Assembly (NCBI GenBank): GCA_024275095.1
Contig: JAJRZV010000047.1
Location: 159 to 64,158, forward strand
Direction: 5' to 3'
DNA from: a bacterium
GTDB lineage: Bacteria > JAJRZV01
DNA: 64,000 nucleotides
Part shown: positions 47,712 to 57,972 of the stretch, piece by piece
Layout: every line of letters begins with the position of its first letter
How positions within the stretch are numbered: position 1 is the stretch's first letter
Notes under the pieces: generated by a model
The model's input: the letters and a program-made list of their open reading frames with translations, nothing else
Databases searched by the model: none
Told to the model about the DNA's origin: nothing
Program-made: the position numbers and the translations under genes

Positions 47712-50560
47712 CTCGCACCTCCTTTTCTCAAACTTTTCTGTATAAAAGGACTGGCGCCCACAATCATGAGAAGGGGACCTATAAATCCCAGAACCACTGC
47801 TGCGGAGAGGAGGAGCATGGCTGACGTGAGCATACCGAACACCTTAAGGGGTTTAAGGGAAGATAGAAGAAGCACCAGGAACCCACCTCCAACAGATATT
47901 GCGTTGGCGAGAATCGCCCTGCCTGCAGTCCTGAAAACGTCCAATATGCTTTTTCTGATGTCACCTGTTTCCCTGAAGGCTTCCCTTAGCCTGTGAAGAA
48001 GGTGAATGGAATAGTCAATCCCTGCACCTATTGCAATTGAGCCCATCAGCATGGTCATGTAATCAAGAGGGGAAGAGGTGATGGGAAGAAGCGCGTAGGA
48101 TATTGCAATGGTGAGGAGAATGGGCAGTATACCAATCACCCCCAGCACAGGAGAGCGAAATTCAGCGCTTATGAGGAAAAACACCACAAAGAAGGAAAGC
48201 GCCATGGAAGTCCAAAAGGAGCGAACCATAAATTTATCCAGTTGATTGACCAGAGGAGGCATTCCCGTTTGAATAAAATTAACAGTTATTTTTTCACCGC
48301 TGTAATTGCCTTTCACTATCTGAAACCTGTCTGTTAAGCCATATAAAATGCCAGTGACTTTCTTCTTGAGTTCAGGGATTTTATCAATTTCAGGAACAGA
48401 GGATCTGAGCAATTCCGTGATTTTTTTCACCGTCATCTCCTGCAGGAGGAAACGTTCAATATCCCTGAGTTCCACAAAAAGGTCTTCTATCAGGTCAAAA
48501 TCCTTCGGAGGCACATACTCTTTCACTGCTTCAGCAAAAGTTTTTCTATCTTTAAGTGTAGCAAGTGCCTTTTTCGCAAACTCCGAAACCTTGCTCTCAT
48601 CAATTAACACAACTGATTCATCGCTCCGCAAGTATTTTTCTATTTGAGAGGTAAGTTTCGCCTTCAGAAACGAGTCATCTGGAGGTGAGAAAAGGGAGTT
48701 CAATGAGGAGACAATTTTTTCTTCAGATATTTTTCTGTTCGTATACTTCAAAATAAGTGTTGAGAGGAGTTCAGCCTTTTCGGGGAAAACGTGTTTCTTC
48801 ATTAAGGTAATCTTCTCTTCATCTGTCATGTTTTCTGTATCAATAATGGTGTAGGTGCCGTTTATATTGCGAAGTATTTTTTCTATTCGGACATCAATTT
48901 TTTTCATCAGCGCTGTGTCTATCTCCCTCACTCTACCCATTGCAAGGAGCTTCTTCTCATCCCCCGAGACAAGCTGTTCCATGATGTCCTGACCTTCAAG
49001 CATAAGCCAAAGGTTTGCCACCCCTTCATCCGTATCAGGAACTTTGAACCTCCCGTAAAGTTGATAGTTCATTTCAGCGAGCAGGTCCGCAACACTCTGG
49101 AAAGAACTCACGTCTTCAATTTCGTCCAGAAAAATTTCAACATCAAAAAGTTTTTTGAGAAGAGCAGAATTTTTAATCGTGCCTCCATCATCAGAAGAAT
49201 AGTAAATGAGCACGGGCATTGCTCCGTCAAAGTGTTCTTCCATGATGCGCGATGCTATGCGCGGAGCACTGTTCTCCGGGAAGAACGTGGTGAAATTCAC
49301 TTCCCTGCTTATGCGAGGTAATAAAAAAAGGGAACCAACCGCAAGGAACAGCCAGAAGAATATGAAAAATAAAGGTTTCTGTAATATGAATTCTCCTGCT
49401 TTCAAAAGCAGTCTGAACTCCCTGCGCTCACCCACAGTAACCAGAGATTTACGGGAAAGGGGAAATGTGCTCAGAAGAGCAGGGAAAAATGTGACCGACA
49501 GTATAAAGCACCAGAAAATCCCACCTGCTGTGAAAATTCCAAAGTGTTTTATTATGGTGAGCCTGGCAACTACGAAGGATGCAAAGCCGGCAAGGGTGGT
49601 AAAAGCAGCCATTGCCACTGGAGGAAGGATACTGTCCAGCCCTTCTGAACACGCCTGCTGAAAGTCTCTCTCACGGGCGTAAAGGGAAATTCTGTTGAAA
49701 ACGTGTATTCCGTAAGCACTTCCCATTGCTATGATGACCACGGGCATGATGGGAGAAATCATGGTCATGGGAACGTTGAAAACAGGAAGCAAAGCGAACA
49801 TGAGTACAGACCCAACGAACATTGACCCCAGAATGAAAAGCACAACCTTCACGCTTCTGAAGGTGACAAACAAAACAATCAAAATGAAAATAATCACCAC
49901 GGGCAGAAGTGTCTGCAGGTCCTTTACCGCAAACATATTGCCATAGAGAGCACTGACAGGCATCCCCCCGAAATACAACTTCACACTGTCTTTCCACTTT
50001 TCCGCTACGCGCTGGCTTTCCTTAATGACTCTCTCGCTCACTGCAATTTCATCATGCTGTCCGGAGAGAAATACGCTGATGGCAGTGAATTTCCCATCCT
50101 CTGAAACAATTGATTTTCTGAACATCTCCTTTGACAAGACATATTCACGGAGTTTTCTCAGTCCTTCTTCATCTGGGATATCCTTTATAAGTTCTGCAAC
50201 CTCCACTCCGCCCTCTATCTTCTTTATGTCGGTCATGTTTATGATGCTTATCACATTTCTCACGCCCTGAATCTTCTTGAGAGAAGAAGATATTTCCCTC
50301 ACGCACTCAAGGACATCCTTCTGGAAAACATCTCCTTTCAAACTCTCAACCACTATCATATCCATTTTGCTCGTTCCGAACTCCTTGCTCACGTGAATGA
50401 ACAATCCTGCAATGGGATCCTTTTTGGGCAAAAAGCTCTCAATACGGTTATCCATGTATATTCTGGTGAGCATGTAGCCTCCTGCAAGGAGAAACAGAGA
50501 GGTGAGTAAAATAATAAACTTTCTGTGTTTTACTACTTTATCTCCATAAACAACCTTCAC
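47708..50560 (-). CDS. MMPL/RND-superfamily exporter (two sterol-sensing-like 6-TM bundles)
   Basis: 950 aa. Two repeated 6-TM blocks, each preceded by a large periplasmic loop. MMPL-type N-terminus …RIYMDNRIESFLPKKDP…. Confidence 0.82.
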   Translation of the reverse strand: MKVVYGDKVVKHRKFIILLTSLFLLAGGYMLTRIYMDNRIESFLPKKDPIAGLFIHVSKEFGTSKMDMIVVESLKGDVFQKDVLECVREISSSLKKIQGVRNVISIINMTDIKKIEGGVEVAELIKDIPDEEGLRKLREYVLSKEMFRKSIVSEDGKFTAISVFLSGQHDEIAVSERVIKESQRVAEKWKDSVKLYFGGMPVSALYGNMFAVKDLQTLLPVVIIFILIVLFVTFRSVKVVLFILGSMFVGSVLMFALLPVFNVPMTMISPIMPVVIIAMGSAYGIHVFNRISLYARERDFQQACSEGLDSILPPVAMAAFTTLAGFASFVVARLTIIKHFGIFTAGGIFWCFILSVTFFPALLSTFPLSRKSLVTVGERREFRLLLKAGEFILQKPLFFIFFWLFLAVGSLFLLPRISREVNFTTFFPENSAPRIASRIMEEHFDGAMPVLIYYSSDDGGTIKNSALLKKLFDVEIFLDEIEDVSSFQSVADLLAEMNYQLYGRFKVPDTDEGVANLWLMLEGQDIMEQLVSGDEKKLLAMGRVREIDTALMKKIDVRIEKILRNINGTYTIIDTENMTDEEKITLMKKHVFPEKAELLSTLILKYTNRKISEEKIVSSLNSLFSPPDDSFLKAKLTSQIEKYLRSDESVVLIDESKVSEFAKKALATLKDRKTFAEAVKEYVPPKDFDLIEDLFVELRDIERFLLQEMTVKKITELLRSSVPEIDKIPELKKKVTGILYGLTDRFQIVKGNYSGEKITVNFIQTGMPPLVNQLDKFMVRSFWTSMALSFFVVFFLISAEFRSPVLGVIGILPILLTIAISYALLPITSSPLDYMTMLMGSIAIGAGIDYSIHLLHRLREAFRETGDIRKSILDVFRTAGRAILANAISVGGGFLVLLLSSLKPLKVFGMLTSAMLLLSAAVVLGFIGPLLMIVGASPFIQKSLRKGGAR

Positions 50561-51132
50561 TTTTTCATAATCCCTTCCAGAAGATATTTTGAAAGAGTGA
50601 GCATTCCTTTTTTGATCTTCTTGCTTCTCTTTGAGATTAAATACCTTATGGCAATCTCGTTTAAAGCGGTGATTATGGCAATGGATAGGAGGTCAATCTC
50701 TTCCACCTGAAAAATCCCTCTGTCTACACCTTTTAAGAACAATTGCCTGAGCATATTCACTTCTTCTTTTTCAAACACAGCCATCACGTCTCTGACGAAC
50801 TCAAGGCTTGACTCCAGCGCTGAGGAAGTAACGCCCCTGTGGGATAGATGTTTTTCAATTGTGTTCAGCATAATTTCTGGAAGTTTTTTTATCGCTTCAA
50901 CCGGGTCTTCAATTTCATTCAACATCCCCTTAATCTCTTTCAAAATTTCTTCGCCGTCTTTTTTCACAGCCTCACGGAACAATTCTTTTTTGTTTTTGAA
51001 ATAATAGAAAATGCCCGCATCCTTTATCCCTACTTCCTCAGCAACGTCTTTTAAAGTAACCCTCCGGTAACCGTGACGTGCGAGAAGTTTCGCAGCACTC
51101 TCCAGTATTACTTCTCTCGTGTTTTTACCCAT
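50557..51132 (-). CDS. TetR/AcrR-family transcriptional regulator
   Basis: N-terminal HTH …GYRRVTLKDVAEEVGIKDAGIFYYFKNKKELF… Stop overlaps the MMPL start. Confidence 0.8.
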   Translation of the reverse strand: MGKNTREVILESAAKLLARHGYRRVTLKDVAEEVGIKDAGIFYYFKNKKELFREAVKKDGEEILKEIKGMLNEIEDPVEAIKKLPEIMLNTIEKHLSHRGVTSSALESSLEFVRDVMAVFEKEEVNMLRQLFLKGVDRGIFQVEEIDLLSIAIITALNEIAIRYLISKRSKKIKKGMLTLSKYLLEGIMKK

Positions 51133-51706
51133 TTTAGGTTTCTAAAAATAAATTAAAAAATTAAAATTGTCAAGCTTTTCCCAATTCCCCTGGATTCCAC
51201 TATAAAAAATTTTTACCCGCGCAAGCAGATAAGCAGAAGAAAAAATAAATCTTCATCCCTTCATTTCTGTAAGCACCTCTCCTCCCCTTGCCTTTTTCAA
51301 ATTACCTGATTTAGTACCTCTCACAGATATGAATAAGAACTCTTTTCCTTATGACAGGATTTTGCCTTGTCCCAACAAAAAGCGAAACATTTTTTCTGAA
51401 AAATATGAAAGACCTTCTTCTCATGTGTGCATCTCCTGGATCGATATTTTATATCCCGTAACAGAGGTGATCTTCTATCTCTGCTTCGAGAGACCCTGAA
51501 CCTCATCGGAAAGTCTCACTTATCGAATGTTTCGGTTTGGGTGGGGCAATACATTCAATTGATATTACTTACAGAATTCTCTACAATTCTTTCCTGGCAA
51601 CTCGCTAAAAAACATAACCAAACAGGGCAATATCATTAATAAGGAACTTTTCAAAAAGACCGGTATACTTCTCATCGGTTCCTTCACGGCAGTCTCTACA
51701 CTTATT

Positions 51707-54589
51707 GTGGGAAGAATCGCCGGATATACACTCTTTCTCTCCAGATATAACATCGAAATGCTCCCCTATCTTTACCTTGGCATAGCCGTTTTAATGGGCA
51801 GCATATCTTATTTTTACTCTCACGCCATTAAGAAGTTTCGATTCAACGTCATCTTTGCTGTTATGGGAGTGGGTATTGCCGCTGTTACCTTGGGGTTGTA
51901 CTTCCTGGTGAACTCAGGAAAGTGGATATTTCCTGTTATTTATCTGTGGAATGAAATTGCCGGCGGATACCTGGTAATCCTTTTCTGGACCATCGCCAAC
52001 GACATGGTCACCTCACAGGAAGCAAAAAAAATTTTTCCTGTAGTCGCCGGTGGAGGTGTTATCGCGAATCTTTTCTGGGGTGGACTGATAAAAGCCTTTG
52101 CACACGAAATTGGTACTGAAAACCTGCTTTTTATCGTGGCAGCGAATGCTGTCGCATTTGTTACTATTATGGGCGGTAAAATACCACCTGCCGGTACAGG
52201 ACAAGTGTCAGCACCGGAAAAGGCTGAAAGTGAATCACCTGCTTTATATACGCTCCTGTTTCTGGGACTCGTTATATTAACAAACCTGCTTTCAACAACA
52301 ATCGACTATGAATTCAAGGTTGAAATCAGGAAAGTTTATACAGAAGCTGAGCTCGCGTCTTTCCTGGGCATGTATACACTCGGGCTTGGGATGGTCTCAT
52401 TTGTGCTCCAGTTTTTTATCGCGGGTAAAATCTTAAACAATCTTGGAATGTTTTTTTCTTTAATGATTCTTCCCGTATCACTTCTATCGGGAACGTTGCT
52501 ATATACCCTCATGCCTTCGCTTGCGATTATTGTGGGTTTAAAATTTAACGAACAGGCTTTCAGGTACAGCATCCACCAGCCATCATCACAGCTTTTATTT
52601 TTACCTTATAACCAGCAATTGAGAAGGCGTCTGATCGCCCTTATGGAAGGTTTCGTAAAACCTCTTGCTATTGGAGCCGGGGGTGTGCTTGCAATTTTCC
52701 TCAAGAGCAATGTTATTCCCGTGTCCATAGCTCTCTGCCTCATGTGGATATTTCTTACCATAATTATCAAAAAAGAATACGTTCAATTCCTTTATCTTCA
52801 GTTGCGCACCGGCAAACTCGATCTTGCTACTCCATTTACTGTGAACCTTGATCTATCCACCAAAATGTTTCTTGTGGATTCCATCTCTTCCATGAACGAA
52901 AAACAAAAAATCTATGTGCTTGAACTTCTCCAGAACACTGACAGAGAGTTGCTTGTTGAAGCCGTACAAAAGAGTGTTCCAGGTGCCTCTCCCGCATTGA
53001 AAGTAAAAATATTCTCTATTATTCGCAAAAACAAACTACACGAGTTTCTCAACATCGTAGAAGAGCACATTCACAGCGCTCATCCTGAATTGCAAAAAGA
53101 GGCGCTCATTTCACTCGCCATCCTGGATCCAGAAAAAGCGATGCCCCAAATAAAAGAAATGGTTCACTCAGATGAATATTACATAAAAAGTGCCGCAGTA
53201 GCTGGTCTCCTTTATCACAGGGCAGAAAAAGACGCCGAAAAAATTCTCAGCAAGATGCTTGCTTCAGATAACATCGAAGAAAAAATTGAAGGATTGGACG
53301 CAATTGAGAAAGCAGAAAGGAAAGACCTGTGGCAACACGTGAAAATGACTCTACATTCAGACTCCGTTGAAGTCTTGAAAAAGGCCGTCAGAACATCCGG
53401 AATCCTTAAAAGCAAAGAGCTCGTTCCTTTTCTTCTCAATTTTCTGGGAAACCGCAAATTGAGAACAGATGTAGTGGAAGCACTCGCTGCCTATGGAGAT
53501 GAAGTTATACCATTCCTCAAGGACAAGGTTTACGCTGCTCCTCACTCACGACTGTCTCTCACAGTACCCCGGGTTCTTAACAAAATCAAGACTCCCTACT
53601 CTGCTGACGCCCTGCTCTTCTGCCTGGAGCAACCTGAACACTATCTTCAGCTCAGGGCATCAAGAGTGCTGTCGAAATTACTTGTTAAATCCCTGGGAAA
53701 ATCTCTCGCAAGAGCAGACATAACAACCCTTCTGGAAAGAGAAATTCTATATCGCGAGAACCTTCGTAAAGTTCAAAAAGCAATTATTGAAAACGAAGAC
53801 AAATTTGTTTTTAAAAGCATTCAAGAAGTAATAGAAGAAATCGAGGAAAAAATTTTCAGAATCCTTGCTCTTGCATTTCCATATCATATAGTAATGACAT
53901 CCTTTAATCATTTAAAAAGCTGCAACAAACGCGTACGCTCGCATGCTTATGAAATGCTTGAGAGCATTCTGGATAGAAAAACAAAAAAGGTGCTCTCTCC
54001 TTTCCTCACAGAGACGCCTTATCGTTACCCGGCTCTTTCCTCAGATGAGATCGTTATTATTCTTTCAGGTAATGGAAATTACTGGTTGCAAAAAGTCTCT
54101 GATTATTATACCAATGAAAGAATCATGAAAAACAAAGATTCAAAAAAGCAAAACTCTCAGGAAGAAGTCCTGAATATCCTGGAAAAGGTGATGTATTTGA
54201 AAGGGGTGTCCATTTTTTCAGAAATTCACGGAGAGTCGCTGTACGAAATCGCCCAGGTCACCGAAGACGTTTATTTCAAAAAAGGGGAACTCATCTTTAA
54301 CGAAGGTGAACCCGGTGATTGTTTGTACCTGATAGTCAAAGGAAAAGTCAGGGTACACAAAGGCGACGTAGAACTTGCCATCCTCGGCGAAGGTGAATGT
54401 TTTGGTGAAATGGCGATCCTGGATAATGAGCCACGCTCGGCCTCTATCACAGCACTTGAAGATTTGCATTTACTGAAAATCAACCAGGATGATTTCTACG
54501 ATATTCTCTACGACCGCACGGAAATTGCACGCGGCATATTCAGGGTCTTAACCCAGAGGCTACGAAATGTCATTGGAACCAGAGCCTGA
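51707..54589 (+). CDS. Multidomain protein: MFS/NTT-like 12-TM transporter + HEAT/armadillo repeats + C-terminal cyclic-nucleotide-binding (CAP_ED) domain
   Basis: 960 aa. N-terminal ~430 aa are polytopic. The middle has HEAT-like repeats (…[18 protein letters not shown]…). C-terminal cNMP motif …[21 protein letters not shown]… The annotated start is GTG at 51707. The frame is open back to 51563 with TM-like sequence, so the true start is unclear. Confidence 0.72.
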   Translation: MGRIAGYTLFLSRYNIEMLPYLYLGIAVLMGSISYFYSHAIKKFRFNVIFAVMGVGIAAVTLGLYFLVNSGKWIFPVIYLWNEIAGGYLVILFWTIANDMVTSQEAKKIFPVVAGGGVIANLFWGGLIKAFAHEIGTENLLFIVAANAVAFVTIMGGKIPPAGTGQVSAPEKAESESPALYTLLFLGLVILTNLLSTTIDYEFKVEIRKVYTEAELASFLGMYTLGLGMVSFVLQFFIAGKILNNLGMFFSLMILPVSLLSGTLLYTLMPSLAIIVGLKFNEQAFRYSIHQPSSQLLFLPYNQQLRRRLIALMEGFVKPLAIGAGGVLAIFLKSNVIPVSIALCLMWIFLTIIIKKEYVQFLYLQLRTGKLDLATPFTVNLDLSTKMFLVDSISSMNEKQKIYVLELLQNTDRELLVEAVQKSVPGASPALKVKIFSIIRKNKLHEFLNIVEEHIHSAHPELQKEALISLAILDPEKAMPQIKEMVHSDEYYIKSAAVAGLLYHRAEKDAEKILSKMLASDNIEEKIEGLDAIEKAERKDLWQHVKMTLHSDSVEVLKKAVRTSGILKSKELVPFLLNFLGNRKLRTDVVEALAAYGDEVIPFLKDKVYAAPHSRLSLTVPRVLNKIKTPYSADALLFCLEQPEHYLQLRASRVLSKLLVKSLGKSLARADITTLLEREILYRENLRKVQKAIIENEDKFVFKSIQEVIEEIEEKIFRILALAFPYHIVMTSFNHLKSCNKRVRSHAYEMLESILDRKTKKVLSPFLTETPYRYPALSSDEIVIILSGNGNYWLQKVSDYYTNERIMKNKDSKKQNSQEEVLNILEKVMYLKGVSIFSEIHGESLYEIAQVTEDVYFKKGELIFNEGEPGDCLYLIVKGKVRVHKGDVELAILGEGECFGEMAILDNEPRSASITALEDLHLLKINQDDFYDILYDRTEIARGIFRVLTQRLRNVIGTRA

Positions 54590-54628
54590 ACTCTCCCACC
54601 CAGAGGAATCAACAATTGAATGGAACTT

Positions 54629-54703
54629 TGGAGCGGGAAACGGGATTCGAACCCGCGACTTCCGCCATGGCAAGGCGGCGCTCTACCGCTGAGCTATTCC
54701 CGC
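54629..54703 (-). tRNA. tRNA-Gly (anticodon GCC), CCA encoded
   Basis: Cloverleaf: acceptor GCGGGAA/UUCCCGC, D-arm GCUC-AGCGGUA-GAGC, anticodon arm CCGCC-UUGCCAU-GGCGG, T-arm GCGGG-UUCGAAU-CCCGU. Confidence 0.9.
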
Positions 54704-54775
54704 TCACCTTTCAGATCCAGCATTAGTATAATGAGACCTCTTGTTAAGTTCAACCCTTCAAATTTGCCTCAACAC

Positions 54776-55417
54776 TCAACCATCAGAAAACACGCGCCTG
54801 AGCACTTCGCGCCGTATGCGTGCATACTTGATGATGTAATCTGTACCAGAAATCCAGGTGAGCAAAAGTGCCACATACAGGCAAATGAGCCCTATCAAAT
54901 GGACAGGAATACCCCAGAGAGGATGGTGCATAATGAGCATAACAAACGCAACATTCTGAGTAACAGTTTTTGTCTTACCCAGTGAAGAAGCTGCTATTAC
55001 CACTCCTTGAGTGGTGGCAATACCGCGGATACCGGTAATAATAACTTCTCTCAACACTATAAGAGCAATAACCCAAGCAGGGGCACGGTCCAGGGGAATT
55101 AACATAATAGCCGTTGTTGTTACAAGGGCCTTATCAGCGATTGGATCCAGAAGCTTGCCCAGATCAGTAACAAGATTGTATCTTCGGGCTATAACGCCAT
55201 CCACTGTATCCGATACGGCCACTATAAAATAAATGAAAGCGGTTATATAGCTGAGCGTATAATCCGTTTTCTTTCCCGTGTAGTGATGAATAAGAATAAG
55301 CAATATCATAATTACAGCCACCGCTCCCATGCGAAACACCGTGATAATATTCGGCGCTGTCCAGAACTTTTGGGTCGATGTGTCAGACCTTTTATCAGGT
55401 GCTTCCATAAAATTCAC
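54776..55417 (-). CDS. pgsA: CDP-diacylglycerol–glycerol-3-phosphate 3-phosphatidyltransferase (CDP-alcohol phosphatidyltransferase family)
   Basis: Signature …DTVDGVIARRYNLVTDLGKLLDPIADKAL… matches D-x2-DG-x2-AR…G-x3-D-x3-D. 4-5 TM. Confidence 0.8.
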   Translation of the reverse strand: MNFMEAPDKRSDTSTQKFWTAPNIITVFRMGAVAVIMILLILIHHYTGKKTDYTLSYITAFIYFIVAVSDTVDGVIARRYNLVTDLGKLLDPIADKALVTTTAIMLIPLDRAPAWVIALIVLREVIITGIRGIATTQGVVIAASSLGKTKTVTQNVAFVMLIMHHPLWGIPVHLIGLICLYVALLLTWISGTDYIIKYARIRREVLRRVFSDG

Positions 55418-57147
55418 TTCTTGAGGAAAAGATAACCTTCACCCCTTAGAGAAATAAAAACCTTTTCTCCTTCTTTTGATAAAGATGGAACAAATCTGCC
55501 TTTCCACCCAATAATTCGTTCCAGCGGTACAGACATGGGGTCATCCGGATCAACATTTTCAATCTTGATGACACTGGATTTTTCCGCCCGGAATATTACG
55601 TAACCAAATCCCTGAAATCGAACCATGTTGATTTCCCGATCGCCGCCTGCGAGCTTACCATTCTCCCAGCCCAAAGTATCCGAGAAGCCAAGCACATAAT
55701 TTTCAATAATAAAAAGTTCATCGCCCTTTACCTCTACCTCGAAGGGTTCACTAATACCGACAAGGTCAACAGAGATGCTCCCTGTACCATAAAGCTTGCT
55801 GATGGGATCGTTTTTGGGTCCAAAAGAGGATTTGAGTTCTTTGCCACGGTACCTTTTACGCACATCTTCAAGCTTAACACTTCCCTTCATGAGTAAAATA
55901 TCGCGCGAGCGAATGTAAAAACCTCGATCAAGTAACTTCAAATGCATATTACCATCACGGTAAGTATGAACTTTTTCTATCTGCACAGGTGTTGAAGATA
56001 CGGGTACCTCGTGCTTTTCTTGGGTTTCAGCCTTTTCTTCCTGTTCAGCCTGTACGGTCTGGGTAGAAACAGGGGTCTCTTCGACTTTTTCCTCATGTTC
56101 AGCCCCTGTCGGTGTTTCCTGTGCGTACAATTCCTCTTCCCCTTTCTCCTCTTCTTCTTTTTCTTCTTCAGGTTTTTCTTTAATCTCTTCCTCTTCCCTT
56201 TCTACTTCTTCTTTCGCTTCTGCAGAAGGTTCACTCACCTGCTCCGCCTTCTCTTCACTTTCACCAACACGTTCTTCCACATCGGACCCTTCGGCAGGTG
56301 GAACTTCAGAAAGTGGTACAAAACCCGGAAGAACATCCTCCTGAACCGGCTCCTCTACCGCTTCAGATGGTTCCGAAACAGCTTTCTCTTTGTCCGTTTC
56401 TTCCACTCTTTCAGAATCTCCAGCGACTCCCTCTATTTCTTCTTCTGGTTTCACGTCCGCCCGAGCTTCTTCCTTCTCTGGCGAAGCCGCCTCCATTTCC
56501 TCTGATCTCTCCTCTTCACCACTCGCCTCTGGTGTCTGCTCAGGAGCCACAGGTCTCGAGGGTGCTTCTTCTTGTTCTTCAATTTCCTCTTCTTCCCGGG
56601 AAGCAGGAACCTCACCGGTCGATGTCTCACCAGGGGGCAACTCCTCCACCTCACCCTCAACAGAAGAAATTTTCGTTTCCTTACCTCCGAGTTCCTCCTC
56701 AATTTTATGGATCATTTTCTCAGCCCTTCCCTTTCTGAACTCCTCGAGAGCCTCCTCAAGTCTGCCAAGATTATAAAGAGCGTATCCAAGATAGTTGTGA
56801 GCCTTTTCGTTGCTTTCATCGAGGATAACAGCTTCACGAAGAACCTCTGTGGCTTCATCGTATTCGCCAAGTTTCAAATAAGCGAGTCCCAAATTGATGC
56901 GCAGGCTGTTAATATTGGGATTGCGACGTAACAGTTGCCTGAAAATTTTTACGGCTTTCTCATAATCTTCAATTTTGAAATATATCATCCCAAGAAGATT
57001 CAAAGCACGGTCATCTCCCGGCTTCACTTCAAGAGCCAGTTCCACCTCCTCCCGGGCAGAGATAAAGTCACCGTCTTTAAGGAAACCTCTTGCCCGTTCA
57101 AAGTGATACTGGAACTTTTCTTCCATTTCCTGAATAATATCAGCCAC
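55414..57147 (-). CDS. TPR-repeat protein with ~250 aa glutamate-rich acidic linker and conserved C-terminal beta-rich domain (possibly AIM24-like)
   Basis: The N-terminal ~160 aa form TPR repeats. Residues ~170-420 are low-complexity E/K/P-rich. The C-terminal ~180 aa are a globular domain, and its family assignment is tentative. Confidence 0.55.
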   Translation of the reverse strand: MADIIQEMEEKFQYHFERARGFLKDGDFISAREEVELALEVKPGDDRALNLLGMIYFKIEDYEKAVKIFRQLLRRNPNINSLRINLGLAYLKLGEYDEATEVLREAVILDESNEKAHNYLGYALYNLGRLEEALEEFRKGRAEKMIHKIEEELGGKETKISSVEGEVEELPPGETSTGEVPASREEEEIEEQEEAPSRPVAPEQTPEASGEEERSEEMEAASPEKEEARADVKPEEEIEGVAGDSERVEETDKEKAVSEPSEAVEEPVQEDVLPGFVPLSEVPPAEGSDVEERVGESEEKAEQVSEPSAEAKEEVEREEEEIKEKPEEEKEEEEKGEEELYAQETPTGAEHEEKVEETPVSTQTVQAEQEEKAETQEKHEVPVSSTPVQIEKVHTYRDGNMHLKLLDRGFYIRSRDILLMKGSVKLEDVRKRYRGKELKSSFGPKNDPISKLYGTGSISVDLVGISEPFEVEVKGDELFIIENYVLGFSDTLGWENGKLAGGDREINMVRFQGFGYVIFRAEKSSVIKIENVDPDDPMSVPLERIIGWKGRFVPSLSKEGEKVFISLRGEGYLFLKK

Positions 57148-57730
57148 CGCAAAAACCTCTCTTATGTTGTCTTTTCATTATCTTAAAACTCTCATATTTT
57201 TTCAAAATTTTCTTTATGTACATCTGCGTCGTCAAAATGTCAGGGACACCACCATTTTTCTGTACATTATATTCTCCTGCATGATAGGCAGCCAGTGCCA
57301 CCGTAAGTACCTGATACCGATCGATTAGTTGCCTCAAATATCGCGCACCATAATAAAGATTCTTGTAAGGATGAAAAGGGTCGTCAAGCCCGAGCTTTAC
57401 CGCTGTTGACGGCATAATCTGCATGAGCCCCATAGCACCCGCAGGTGATACTGCTCCGGGATCGTAAGCAGATTCTACCTCTACAACCGCGCGCAGGAGT
57501 AATGGATCAAGGCCTGTCTGGCGCGCCACCTTGCAAATAAGTTGAAGGATTACCTTCCGCTGGTAGTGTTTTTTGGATGACCGTGAGCGCCATCTCAACC
57601 ATCCACTGGAGTCGGGAATGTTCGTAAACACATATGTGCCATCTTTAGCTTTTTGAAAATAAATCTCGCCACTGTTTGCAGAAAATGCCAGAAGCAGACA
57701 AAATGCCCATATGAACTTAAAAAAACGAAG
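57140..57730 (-). CDS. Lytic transglycosylase (SLT domain) with N-terminal signal peptide
   Basis: SLT motif …ESAYDPGAVSPAGAMGLMQIMPSTA… The ORF-track N-terminus (to 57829) runs across tRNA-Leu, so the true start must lie before 57737. I see no canonical start there, so the start is uncertain. Confidence 0.7.
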   Translation of the reverse strand, partial: LRFFKFIWAFCLLLAFSANSGEIYFQKAKDGTYVFTNIPDSSGWLRWRSRSSKKHYQRKVILQLICKVARQTGLDPLLLRAVVEVESAYDPGAVSPAGAMGLMQIMPSTAVKLGLDDPFHPYKNLYYGARYLRQLIDRYQVLTVALAAYHAGEYNVQKNGGVPDILTTQMYIKKILKKYESFKIMKRQHKRGFCGG

Positions 57731-57736
57731 TAATAA

Positions 57737-57823
57737 TGCCCGGGGCCGGACTTGAACCGGCACTCCGCCAGGAGCGGAAGGGGATTTTAAGTCCCCTGCG
57801 TCTACCAATTCCGCCACCCGGGC
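57737..57823 (-). tRNA. tRNA-Leu (anticodon UAA), long variable arm, CCA not encoded
   Basis: Acceptor GCCCGGG/CCCGGGC+A, anticodon arm GGGGA-CUUAAAA-UCCCC, variable stem-loop CCGCUCCUGGCGG, T-arm GCCGG-UUCAAGU-CCGGC. Confidence 0.9.
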
Positions 57824-57972
57824 GCTCATAGACTAATTCTAACAGTGTCCAAACGCTCAGTGCCACAGTAAGACTCCAATTTTTCAAAAGGTCTGTGTAT
57901 TTTTTTACGCGACCTGAATACAAATCTCATTTTCCTGTTAAAATTTAGTTCTTAAAAAATTAATATAGACAC

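Noticed and set aside
56011-56776. Plus-strand ORFs (164, 146 and 128 aa) rich in F/L/S/P
   Set aside because: They are antisense to the glutamate-rich linker of the TPR protein (55414..57147). Low-complexity GAA/GAG repeats keep the opposite-strand frames open.
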